Assembly: GCA_038727135.1 (NCBI GenBank)
Contig: JAVYWL010000002.1
Coordinates: forward strand, 7,186 to 71,185
DNA length: 64,000 nucleotides
Direction: 5' to 3'
DNA from: Candidatus Bathyarchaeia archaeon
GTDB lineage: Archaea > Thermoproteota > Bathyarchaeia > Bathyarchaeales > Bathycorpusculaceae
This document shows positions 9,936 to 18,134 of this stretch, one piece after another; the first letter of the stretch is position 1; the number at the start of each line of letters is the position of its first letter. The translations under genes and the position numbers were made by a program. Under the pieces are notes generated by a model, which made no database searches, was not told where the DNA came from, and was given only the letters and a program-made list of their open reading frames with translations.

Positions 9936-10073
9936 TATTTTTCCTCCAAACGTCCTCGATAACCATGGTTTTCTCATGATGATAGATAAATAATTTTCCA
10001 TTGCCTCCGAGTATGACATCTGCCTTGGCATGGAACAATGGGCTTTTAAAATGCTGTGAATGAATTTTTAGCT

Positions 10074-10337
10074 TCATTTCTGGTTTTTGTGGTGTAAGCC
10101 CACCACAATTTTTAGCCCTAAGCCTTTTTCCCTTTTCTTCATGTATCTTGTTTCCGTTTTTATGATTTTTATGTCGTTTCTGGCATTTAAGTAGCCTAAA
10201 ACTTCGTATTTGACTTTTCCAAGGGCTAGGAGGGTTATTGGATTTTCTAGTGCTTTTAAGCGTTTTTCCAGCTCTTCTTTCCATCTGCCGTCTTTACCAC
10301 AGAAAATTGGTCCCTTTCGCTCCAATTCGCTCGTCAC
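10074..10337 (-). CDS. Hypothetical protein
   Basis: 87-aa ORF, same strand as the zinc-ribbon genes. No recognisable motif. Confidence 0.35.
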   Translation of the reverse strand: MTSELERKGPIFCGKDGRWKEELEKRLKALENPITLLALGKVKYEVLGYLNARNDIKIIKTETRYMKKREKGLGLKIVVGLHHKNQK

Positions 10338-10590
10338 TCTTCTCTTTAGAGTCGAAAGTTTCCAATTTTGTGGCTTACAATTTTCGGGTTTTCGTTGCAG
10401 TTAAGGTTTGTGGAAGATAATTCTGGAAGAATCTTCTATTTTATCATAATCACCAAAATTTTTGTTTACTAGTCCATGTTTTTGCGTTAATTTCGTATAT
10501 GGTTTTCTTCCGTGTCAAGCTGAAAACTGTTAAATTTGACACTCCTCTATAATTTTGGAGAAAAATAATAAAAGGCTGAGGATTTAGTTT

Positions 10591-11547
10591 TTGCCGCCTA
10601 GAAGGGTTTGGTGTAAAATTGCGTTTTTAACAGTTTGCTATTCGCTATTCCTTTTTGGTAGTGTTCAAGCAGTTTTATGTGAAAACCAGCCCTTGGTAAG
10701 GGTTTACTTCTTCGATGTGGGGCAAGGAGACGCCATATTTATAGAAACGGGTGGGCATGACGTGCTTATTGATGGTGGACCCCGTAGCGCCGGTTCAATG
10801 CTCATGGGCTATTTGTCTGATTTAGGTGTTTCGGAAATAGCCTACGTGGTTGCTACGCACCCCCATGAAGACCATATAGGAGGGCTCATATCGGTTTTAG
10901 AGTCAAGCATTTCCGTTGGTGTAGTCCTATATAATGGCGAAAGCGTCACTTCACAAGTGTACCAAAATTTTATGAGCCTTGCCCAAGGCAGAATCACCAT
11001 TGTCTATAGAGGACAAACATATGTTCTAAATGAAAATGTTAATTTCACAATTCTGAATCCTGTGCAGCCCCTTGAATTCGCAGAGGTAAACAGCAACAGC
11101 ATAGTCCTACGGCTCCAGGTGGGAGACGTGGCTTTTCTTTTCACTGGTGATGCCACTTTCGAGGTTGAGGAAAGCATGATGGATGCTGGCTTAAACCTTT
11201 CAAGTCAGGTTTTGAAGGTCGCCCATCACGGAAGCAGATACGCAACTTCAGAAGCCTTTTTAGACGTTGTTAATCCATCATACGCCGTAATCAGCGCTGG
11301 AATAGGTAACCCTTATGGGCACCCACACAACGAGACCGTTCAAAGGCTCCTAAGCAAGGGAGTAACGGTCTATGGAACATATGTTTCCGGAACAATAGTC
11401 ATGGGCACCGACGGACAAAAAGTGTACGTTTATGGAAACCCAACGCCGATTCCAGAATTCTCACAGCATATAGTTTTATGCTACCTTTTGATTCTATTCG
11501 CTTTAGTTATGTTATGGCAAAGCGCTATACAAGTTAAGCTAGGCTAG
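10591..11547 (+). CDS. Secreted ComEC/Rec2-type metallo-beta-lactamase domain protein with C-terminal PEF + TM tail
   Basis: Signal/TM N-terminus; FFDVGQGDAIFIE, ATHPHEDHIGG and VAHHGS are typical of the ComEC C-terminal MBL domain. The C-terminus is PIPEFSQHIVLCYLLILFALVMLW. TTG start. Confidence 0.7.
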   Translation: MPPRRVWCKIAFLTVCYSLFLFGSVQAVLCENQPLVRVYFFDVGQGDAIFIETGGHDVLIDGGPRSAGSMLMGYLSDLGVSEIAYVVATHPHEDHIGGLISVLESSISVGVVLYNGESVTSQVYQNFMSLAQGRITIVYRGQTYVLNENVNFTILNPVQPLEFAEVNSNSIVLRLQVGDVAFLFTGDATFEVEESMMDAGLNLSSQVLKVAHHGSRYATSEAFLDVVNPSYAVISAGIGNPYGHPHNETVQRLLSKGVTVYGTYVSGTIVMGTDGQKVYVYGNPTPIPEFSQHIVLCYLLILFALVMLWQSAIQVKLG

Positions 11548-12024
11548 CCGCTTTATTAGGCGTCCTTCCCGGTCTATTTCGCCCCTTCGAATTCGCGTTG
11601 TAGATATGGGTGCATGATTCTCCGATGGAACCATGTCTATGACTATTATATTTAGGGGTTCCAGTCCGCGTTTGGCTCTCTCCTCGTTTATTTTCCTTGC
11701 TGTTGGTTCTGTTTCCCTGCTGACTATTAGGGCTTCTAGGCAGCCCCTTTGCAACGTAACTCCATAAGCGTCATTTAGCGGGATTATTTTTGCCCTTTCC
11801 ATTAAGCCGTGCTCTTGCAGGAAAGCCTTCAGCTCTTTTAAGCGTTCTTCGTAGGAGGCCACTATGTGGGGCTTGTTCATTTTGGCTACAAAATCGTCTG
11901 TGCATAAGCCTATCAATACTTGTTCGCCCACCTCAAAAGCCTTCAACAATAGCGCCTTATGTCCCTTGTGGAGTTCGTCGAAGGTTCCGCCAACAGCCAC
12001 AACTCTAAACCTTGTAGCCTCCAA
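11539..12024 (-). CDS. coaD: Phosphopantetheine adenylyltransferase (archaeal type)
   Basis: VAVGGTFDELHKGHKALL, a cytidylyltransferase HxGH motif. 161 aa, directly downstream of pantoate kinase. Confidence 0.8.
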   Translation of the reverse strand: MEATRFRVVAVGGTFDELHKGHKALLLKAFEVGEQVLIGLCTDDFVAKMNKPHIVASYEERLKELKAFLQEHGLMERAKIIPLNDAYGVTLQRGCLEALIVSRETEPTARKINEERAKRGLEPLNIIVIDMVPSENHAPISTTRIRRGEIDREGRLIKRLA

Positions 12025-12027
12025 TCC

Positions 12028-12960
12028 CTATCCCAGCAGCCTCGCCCCGTAGAGCTCCACATTTGCCACGAGGATCTTCTCTTCTGGAAGAACTCGTTTA
12101 AAAGCTTGAGCCACTTTATCGGCGTTTTCCGATGTTGTTAATGCGTGGACAGCCTCCCCAACCATGTTTTGAGCCGCGCCGATGGCGCCAGCCTCGTCAG
12201 CAGCCCTAAACAGTTTGCGAATTCGCTCTGTGGCGAAGCCTGTTTTCTCGGCGAAATCGCGGCAGCACGCCAAAAAATTTTCAAGGGATGGTTCAGCCAA
12301 AATCTTTTCAAGGGTAAGCTTACCCCACCTATTGACGGCTAGACGCTTTTCAGGCGAGGATAAAACTTCCCTCGTCGGTATTGGACCAAAAACTCCAGCG
12401 ACAATCACATGATCCTCTGATATGGGAATGTGGTCAATTATGGCTGTTCCAGGCGCTCCGGGCTCAACGGTAACCACGCAGCCCCCACCAATTGTTAATG
12501 GGGCAACGGTGCCGAGTCCCGTCTTGCATTTTATTTCTGCTATGTGGGCTGTTCTGCCAAGCTGGTTAAGGGTTAGCTTTAAGCCCAAAGCCTTTGACAA
12601 AGCCAAGGCGGTGGTCAAGGCTCCACCGGCACTTGTGCCAAAGCCAGCCCCTATGGGGACATCAACCCAATGGCTGACTTCAACATCATAAAAGCCATCA
12701 GCCCTTTCAAGAAGCATCTCAACAACAGTCCGCGTTGTTTCTGCCTCCGGAGCATCCCGCCCATTAATGTATATGTTAATGCTGTTCTGTTCAGCCTCTG
12801 AAACGCGCACCTCTGTTGTTACTCCCTTCTTGATTCCAAAACCACCGCCTCTAGCGCCGACTTTTTCAAGGTCTGTTATGGGTTTTCCATCTGGCAGTGT
12901 GTCACATATCTCAAAAAAGCTGGAGATGCCGGCTGGGCTAAAGGCTCTTGCACTTTTCAA
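12028..12960 (-). CDS. Pantoate kinase (GHMP kinase family, archaeal CoA pathway)
   Basis: ARAFSPAGISSFFEI N-terminus and GHMP motif PIGAGFGTSAGGAL. Start set at TTG 12960, 2 nt after the upstream stop; the ORF-track extension to 13071 overlaps the upstream gene. Confidence 0.75.
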   Translation of the reverse strand: MKSARAFSPAGISSFFEICDTLPDGKPITDLEKVGARGGGFGIKKGVTTEVRVSEAEQNSINIYINGRDAPEAETTRTVVEMLLERADGFYDVEVSHWVDVPIGAGFGTSAGGALTTALALSKALGLKLTLNQLGRTAHIAEIKCKTGLGTVAPLTIGGGCVVTVEPGAPGTAIIDHIPISEDHVIVAGVFGPIPTREVLSSPEKRLAVNRWGKLTLEKILAEPSLENFLACCRDFAEKTGFATERIRKLFRAADEAGAIGAAQNMVGEAVHALTTSENADKVAQAFKRVLPEEKILVANVELYGARLLG

Positions 12961-12962
12961 TT

Positions 12963-13718
12963 TTATTCGCTCTTTCCGGTTTGGGTTAGCGATGGGAAGG
13001 CGTTGCGGCAAGCCTTGATAATAGGTGGACCTATTAGAAGGACGAAGGGAATTTCTGTGGCAAAGGTCCAAACAAATATTAGCGGCATAAACTCTGGCGG
13101 AAGGGGCGCCTTAAAGTATCCTTCCGGAGAGAAAAACACTTGGCTGTAAGCCCAAACCACTGGAGCTATTATTGCGGCTGCAACCCCCAACCCTATTATG
13201 GAGCCGACCGTGTAGCTTTTCCACTCTGGCCAAAACTTTGTAACAGCCAACATAATGGCTAGGCTTGCAATAACCGCCACTGCAAAAACTGCTACGCTGA
13301 TGTATGCAGACCAGCCTCCAGTGAAGGCTTCAGACTCAGCGGGCAATAGAACTGTTGGCAATAGCAAACCAGCAATTATGGTAACGCCGCCTATACACAT
13401 GCTTGTGCCTATCCTCCTCCAGCTTAAGCCTGTACGGGCAAAATAGCCTATCAAAAAGCCCCCAACGAAATTGGCGGTCACACCTGCAGAAAGGCTCAGC
13501 AATGGGTCACCGTGGAAAAGCATGTCGCGGATGAATATCCCTATGGCTGCCCCGGTCCCGCCAACCCATGGCCCGAAAAGAACTGAGAAAACTGCTGGTA
13601 TCACGGCTGCCGGCCAGAAGGCTACCCCTCCAAAGGTTATGCCCAAATCTGTTAGACGGCCGATTAGGGCGTATAGGGCTGCGCAGATTGCAGCCATGGC
13701 AACATGCAGTGTTTTCAT
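12963..13718 (-). CDS. ECF S-component-like membrane protein (possible pantothenate/pantoate uptake)
   Basis: Six or more TM helices. AICAALYALIG and LFGPWVGGTGAAIG...RDML resemble ECF-type substrate-capture subunits. Tight operon with the CoA genes. Confidence 0.5.
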   Translation of the reverse strand: MKTLHVAMAAICAALYALIGRLTDLGITFGGVAFWPAAVIPAVFSVLFGPWVGGTGAAIGIFIRDMLFHGDPLLSLSAGVTANFVGGFLIGYFARTGLSWRRIGTSMCIGGVTIIAGLLLPTVLLPAESEAFTGGWSAYISVAVFAVAVIASLAIMLAVTKFWPEWKSYTVGSIIGLGVAAAIIAPVVWAYSQVFFSPEGYFKAPLPPEFMPLIFVWTFATEIPFVLLIGPPIIKACRNAFPSLTQTGKSE

Positions 13719-13849
13719 CTAGTCATGCTCCTTTAAGAGTTCTTGAGCGAAGTTGAAGGCCTCTTTCTAAATAAGAATTTCCTATGAATTCTTTAAACAT
13801 GTTTAAACTTGATTTTGGCGGATGTTTTGTTGAACTGTTGAACGAGTAT

Positions 13850-13870
13850 GTGTAGCTCTGTTCTACGCAC
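13850..13870. promoter_or_regulatory. Palindromic operator-like motif, copy 1 (GTGTAGCTCTGTTCTACGCAC), just upstream of an AT-rich TATA-like box
   Basis: About 22/25 positions match copy 2 at 15138..15158. TATA-like catatttaaaca at 13878-13889. Pilin ATG at 13923. Confidence 0.5.
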
Positions 13871-13922
13871 AAACCATCATATTTAAACAACGTTGAATTT
13901 TTGGCACGGAGCGAAAAAGAAA

Positions 13923-14480
13923 ATGAAGATGTTAAGGAATAAAAGGGCATTGAGCACAGTAGTAACCACATTGATTATTCTAGTGGTTTCGGTGCTTTTG
14001 GCAACTGTTGTAACGTTCTACGCCATAAACGTAACAACCACGAGGGTGCAAGAAGAGTCGTTATTCCTAACGAAGCCGCACGTTTGGTGTCCTGCCTCTT
14101 CTGGGAACGCGCAAGCAGCATTAGTTATAATTAACACTGGTGGGCGAGATGTGGTTATAGACAAGATAACAGTCAGAGGACAAGAATCTGATTGGTCAAA
14201 TGTTTACTATAACATCACGTCTGGCGGGATATCTGCCGACCTACCCTACAACTCAACACTCAAAGACAACGGCAAAATCAACATAGGCGGCAAAGACTAC
14301 ACGTTTGTAAAAGGTACTTCTGGCAAAGATATCACGTTGAAATCTGGCATGACCTTGATAATCTACATCGACCAGCCAGACAGCATATCATTGAATGACA
14401 TAGGCACTACTGTAGGCATTACAGTGTTCACATCAAACGCCCAATACTACAAAGAGACAAATGTCCAAGCTGTCGAGTAG
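13923..14480 (+). CDS. Archaeal type IV pilin (class III signal peptide), paralog 1
   Basis: MKMLRNKRALSTVVTTLIILVVSVLLATVV is a class III signal plus hydrophobic helix. The TTG at 13893 would lie within the promoter. Confidence 0.8.
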   Translation: MKMLRNKRALSTVVTTLIILVVSVLLATVVTFYAINVTTTRVQEESLFLTKPHVWCPASSGNAQAALVIINTGGRDVVIDKITVRGQESDWSNVYYNITSGGISADLPYNSTLKDNGKINIGGKDYTFVKGTSGKDITLKSGMTLIIYIDQPDSISLNDIGTTVGITVFTSNAQYYKETNVQAVE

Positions 14481-14492
14481 GGAGGCAGTGAC

Positions 14493-15062
14493 ATGAGGCT
14501 TTTAAAGGGTAAGAAAGCGTTAAGCACCGTTGTGACAACGCTGATTATTCTAGTGGTTTCAGTGCTTCTAGCCACCGTAGTTACGTTTTACGCCATAAAC
14601 GTGACAACAACGCGTGTACAAGAAGAATCATTGCATCTAACAAAATTCCATGTGTGGTATAATCCAACAGGGGAATGGTCAGAGGCAGCCTTCGTAATAA
14701 TCAACACTGGCGGAAAAGATGTTGTCATAGACAAGATAACAGTTAGAGGACAAGAGTGCCCATGGAATAACGTCTATTACTGGAAGACGTCAGGTGCCAT
14801 AACATCGGATTTGAAACCAACGTCAACAAAGCCCAGCGGCAATTCTGTCAATATAGTTGTAGATGGTCAACCAAGATCTTTCAGCAACGCAACCGTTGCC
14901 CTCAATGGAAATGATTTAACTTTGATGTCGGGTCAAACCGTTGTAATATACATCGTTAATCCAGACAGCATTTCCGTAAACGACATAGGCGTAACCGTAG
15001 GCTTGACGGTGTTCACATCAAACGCCCAATACTACAAAGAGGCAAACGTTGAATCAACTTAA
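14493..15062 (+). CDS. Archaeal type IV pilin (class III signal peptide), paralog 2
   Basis: MRLLKGKKALSTVVTTLIILVV... The 40-aa N-terminal block is identical to paralog 1. The C-terminus VFTSNAQYYKE is shared. GGAGG RBS. Confidence 0.8.
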   Translation: MRLLKGKKALSTVVTTLIILVVSVLLATVVTFYAINVTTTRVQEESLHLTKFHVWYNPTGEWSEAAFVIINTGGKDVVIDKITVRGQECPWNNVYYWKTSGAITSDLKPTSTKPSGNSVNIVVDGQPRSFSNATVALNGNDLTLMSGQTVVIYIVNPDSISVNDIGVTVGLTVFTSNAQYYKEANVEST

Positions 15063-15065
15063 AAC

Positions 15066-15090
15066 CCTCCCTTTTTCTTCCCTTTTTATT
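15066..15090 (+). terminator. Oligo-T tracts downstream of the pilin pair
   Basis: ccctccctttttcttccctttttatt follows the stop directly. Archaeal termination typically uses T-runs. Confidence 0.4.
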
Positions 15091-15137
15091 TAAGGCAAAC
15101 ACTTTCTTATCGGGTATTAGCAATATGAATTTTCTAT

Positions 15138-15158
15138 GTGTAGTTTTGTTCTACACAC
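15138..15158. promoter_or_regulatory. Palindromic operator-like motif, copy 2 (GTGTAGTTTTGTTCTACACAC)
   Basis: GTGTAG-N7-CTACAC inverted repeat followed by cttaatatagcc (TATA-like), upstream of the assembly-gene operon starting at 15231. Confidence 0.5.
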
Positions 15159-15230
15159 ATTATCTTATCTTAATATAGCCTTCAAAGGTTTTCCATGCTG
15201 GCGGTTTGCAAGAGAGGAGACTGTTAAAGG

Positions 15231-16058
15231 TTGCGTGTGAAAGGCTTTGGAAGGCTTGCGTGTTCGAGGAAGGCTTTGGCTATTCCAGTCACCTACCTTA
15301 TACTTTTTGCCTCGCTTATCGTCATAATATCCGCCACCTATGGCTTTGCAGTAACCCGCATAAGCGCAAAAAGCGTCCAGCTAAGGGCTTCGGTTGCCAA
15401 ACAGAACATGCAAACTTTGGATGAGGCTGTGCGTTCTGTGGCTTGGTCTGCTGGAAGCTCAAAAACCATTTACATGGAGAATTGTGGAGGAGCCTTTCAA
15501 ATGCAGCCGAAAGCCAAAAGTCTCGTTATAAATTTGACGGATGGGCGGACGTTTTCCTATGTGGTTTTTAATGGTTCTGTTGGAAAAGCCCTATACATGC
15601 TTGATGGCGTGGCTGAAAGCCAAAAAGGCACATATGTTAGTGGTGACGGCCGAACAATAATAGATCAGGGCGCCTTCACGGTTACGCAGCTTTACTTTGA
15701 AAGAGGCGAGAGTGCACAACAACTTGTCCTATGCTACCGACCAATGGCAACAGCCTTGGCGGCCGGCACAAGCAACGGAAAACCGCTCAACATTATACGT
15801 GTTTACATAATAAGCTTAGCCTCTTCCCAGACGCTTTCGCTTTATGGAAGCTTCCACTTAAAGGTTTCAGCGTTGAACACCACTTCAACGGTTAAGCTTT
15901 TAATGTTCAACAGTTCGGTCTCCTCTCTTGCTTTGGAAGCCCTTTCAGAAGGCACTAAAACGACTGTTTGGCTTCCGATAGAAAGCACTAGCGAAGGCGC
16001 TGTTGTAAGCCTCGAAGTTGTCGTCTGCCACATACAAGTTAGGAGGGTTAACGCCTAA
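15231..16058 (+). CDS. Pilin-like protein (class III signal-like N-terminus)
   Basis: SRKALAIPVTYLILFASLIVIISA is a basic residue, small residue and hydrophobic helix. TTG/GTG start after GAGAGGAG. Confidence 0.55.
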   Translation: MRVKGFGRLACSRKALAIPVTYLILFASLIVIISATYGFAVTRISAKSVQLRASVAKQNMQTLDEAVRSVAWSAGSSKTIYMENCGGAFQMQPKAKSLVINLTDGRTFSYVVFNGSVGKALYMLDGVAESQKGTYVSGDGRTIIDQGAFTVTQLYFERGESAQQLVLCYRPMATALAAGTSNGKPLNIIRVYIISLASSQTLSLYGSFHLKVSALNTTSTVKLLMFNSSVSSLALEALSEGTKTTVWLPIESTSEGAVVSLEVVVCHIQVRRVNA

Positions 16059-16525
16059 TGCCAGCCATAACCCCCAGCTACTTGTACACATTCTTCGCCA
16101 TAATCGCCGTGAGCAGTATCCTCCTAGTCTCCTTTATGGGCTATGCCAACGCCATACGCCTCTCATCGGAGATGGGTAAACTAAAGGATTTGATGGATTT
16201 GGTGGCAGCCAAAGCCACAGGACTCATAAGCCTTGCAAAGGCGACAAACACAACAGCCGAAGCCTTTATTCAAGCGCCAGCAGCCATAGGCGATAGGCAG
16301 TACTGGCTCATGCTCGGAAATGACTCTTCAATGATTTGGGTTGAAGGCGGATTTGGAAACACACCAATAGCCGAGGCGGGAGTACGCGTTTATCTTCCAA
16401 GCACGGCTTTTGCTCATGGCTATTATGTTAGTGGTTATGGGGCAATCCTCCTAAAATGCTCTATGAATCAGGAAGCTGGAATCCCCGAGGTTCAGCTTTC
16501 TAGCTCAAGCCAAAATGGAGGGTGA
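16058..16525 (+). CDS. Pilus accessory protein with N-terminal TM helix
   Basis: 155 aa with one N-terminal hydrophobic helix, translationally coupled to its neighbours. Confidence 0.45.
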   Translation: MPAITPSYLYTFFAIIAVSSILLVSFMGYANAIRLSSEMGKLKDLMDLVAAKATGLISLAKATNTTAEAFIQAPAAIGDRQYWLMLGNDSSMIWVEGGFGNTPIAEAGVRVYLPSTAFAHGYYVSGYGAILLKCSMNQEAGIPEVQLSSSSQNGG

Positions 16526-18131
16526 AAACGGTTTGAAGTTTGCATTAAAACTTAAGAAGGGCGGGGCGGAGGCGGAATTTAAGGATTTAATGAAGGAAGA
16601 AGCCGAGCTAACCGGTTTTATGGAGGTTCAGAAGTGGAGTGTTCCTGAAGGCTATATTGAAGTGGAATACTATCCCTTAAAGCCTCCCTTCTCCTACGCA
16701 GCCATAATCCAGAATGAAGAAACGCTGGAATACCTATACGTTTTGGACGAGTTGCCCCTAACAAAGGAGGAGAGGGAGGGCTACCATAGGCTTAGAAACA
16801 TTTTGGAATTTGAACTTCAAGCCCCAGAGGGCGAGGAAACCCTAGCAGAGTCTTTTAGGCGGCAAATGCCCGCAATCCTTGCAAAACACCGCAAAGTGCT
16901 TGAGGGAATATCTCCTATAGGCTTGAGGAAAATCCTCTACTACCTTGAAAGGGATGTTGTTGGATATGGCAAAATAGACCCGCTGATGTATGACGATTAT
17001 GTTGAGGATATTGGATGCAGCGGCGTCAACAAACCCATATACCTTTGGCATAGGAAATATGAAAACATTAAAACAAACATCGTTTTCAGAGACGAGCAGG
17101 AACTCGAAGACTTTGTCATGCGGATGGTTCACAAGTCTGGAAAACACGTTAGCATAGCCTTCCCAATAGTGGACGTGACACTGCCGGAAAAACACCGCTT
17201 AGCCGTCTCCTTTGGCAGGGAAACAACGCCCTACGGAACAGCCTTTACCATTCGAAAGTTCCGCAAAGACCCCTTCACAATAATCGACCTTATTGAAAAC
17301 GAGACCATAAATGAGAGCATAGCCGCCTACCTATGGCTTTTGATGGAGAACAAAATGTCAGTGATGATTATTGGGGCTACGGGTGCTGGAAAAACAACAG
17401 CCCTAAACGCCATTGCATGCCTCATAAAACCCAGTTACAAAATAATCTCTGTTGAAGAAGTTGCAGAAATAAACTTGCCCCATGAGAACTGGACTTCGAC
17501 GATTGCGAGGTCTGGCTTTGGAGCTGAAAGCGAGGGCGAAATAACTCTCTACGACTTGATTAAGTCGGCAGTGCGCCACCGTCCAGACCTAATAATTGTA
17601 GGCGAAGTCCGCGGAGAAGAAGCCTACGTGCTTTTCCAAGCCTTAGCGACTGGACATGGCGGCTTGTGTACGCTTCATGCTGAGGATGTTGATACCGCCA
17701 TGAAGAGGCTTACCCAGCCACCCATGAACATCCCAACATCAATAATTCCGCTCATGAACTGTGTAATCACGGTTAAGCACGTCAGAACGCCAGTCTTCCT
17801 AGAATCTGGGAGGAGGCTTTCAAGCCGGAAGTTCATCAGCGTCACGGAAATAAAGGACTATAATAGTTATCAGGAGGTTTTCAGCTGGAATCCGTCCACA
17901 GACACTTTTAAGGAGAATTTGGCTGAAAGCTACTTGCTCAAGAAGATGGCTTCAAGCCTAGACATTCCAGTTGAAAGGCTTATTGACGAGTTAGAATATC
18001 GCAAGCGGGTTCTAGTCCACATGGTGGAGCACGGCATCCGCGACTACAGAAGCGTAAACAAAGTCCTAAGCAAATACTACAACAACCCAGAGCTTTTCCA
18101 AAGAGAATTCCTCGGGAAGGGCGAGTGGTAA
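16515..18131 (+). CDS. Type II/IV secretion family ATPase (FlaI/PilB/VirB11-like pilus assembly ATPase)
   Basis: Walker A GATGAGKTT, Walker B/Asp box DLIIVGEVRGEEA, His box TGHGGLCTLHAED. Confidence 0.9.
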   Translation: MEGENGLKFALKLKKGGAEAEFKDLMKEEAELTGFMEVQKWSVPEGYIEVEYYPLKPPFSYAAIIQNEETLEYLYVLDELPLTKEEREGYHRLRNILEFELQAPEGEETLAESFRRQMPAILAKHRKVLEGISPIGLRKILYYLERDVVGYGKIDPLMYDDYVEDIGCSGVNKPIYLWHRKYENIKTNIVFRDEQELEDFVMRMVHKSGKHVSIAFPIVDVTLPEKHRLAVSFGRETTPYGTAFTIRKFRKDPFTIIDLIENETINESIAAYLWLLMENKMSVMIIGATGAGKTTALNAIACLIKPSYKIISVEEVAEINLPHENWTSTIARSGFGAESEGEITLYDLIKSAVRHRPDLIIVGEVRGEEAYVLFQALATGHGGLCTLHAEDVDTAMKRLTQPPMNIPTSIIPLMNCVITVKHVRTPVFLESGRRLSSRKFISVTEIKDYNSYQEVFSWNPSTDTFKENLAESYLLKKMASSLDIPVERLIDELEYRKRVLVHMVEHGIRDYRSVNKVLSKYYNNPELFQREFLGKGEW

Positions 18132-18134
18132 AAG

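Noticed and set aside
12961-13071. N-terminal 37-codon extension of the pantoate kinase ORF
   Set aside because: It overlaps the upstream membrane-protein gene in another frame, and its sequence is Arg/Pro/Asn-rich and non-homologous looking. The TTG at 12960 directly follows the upstream stop.
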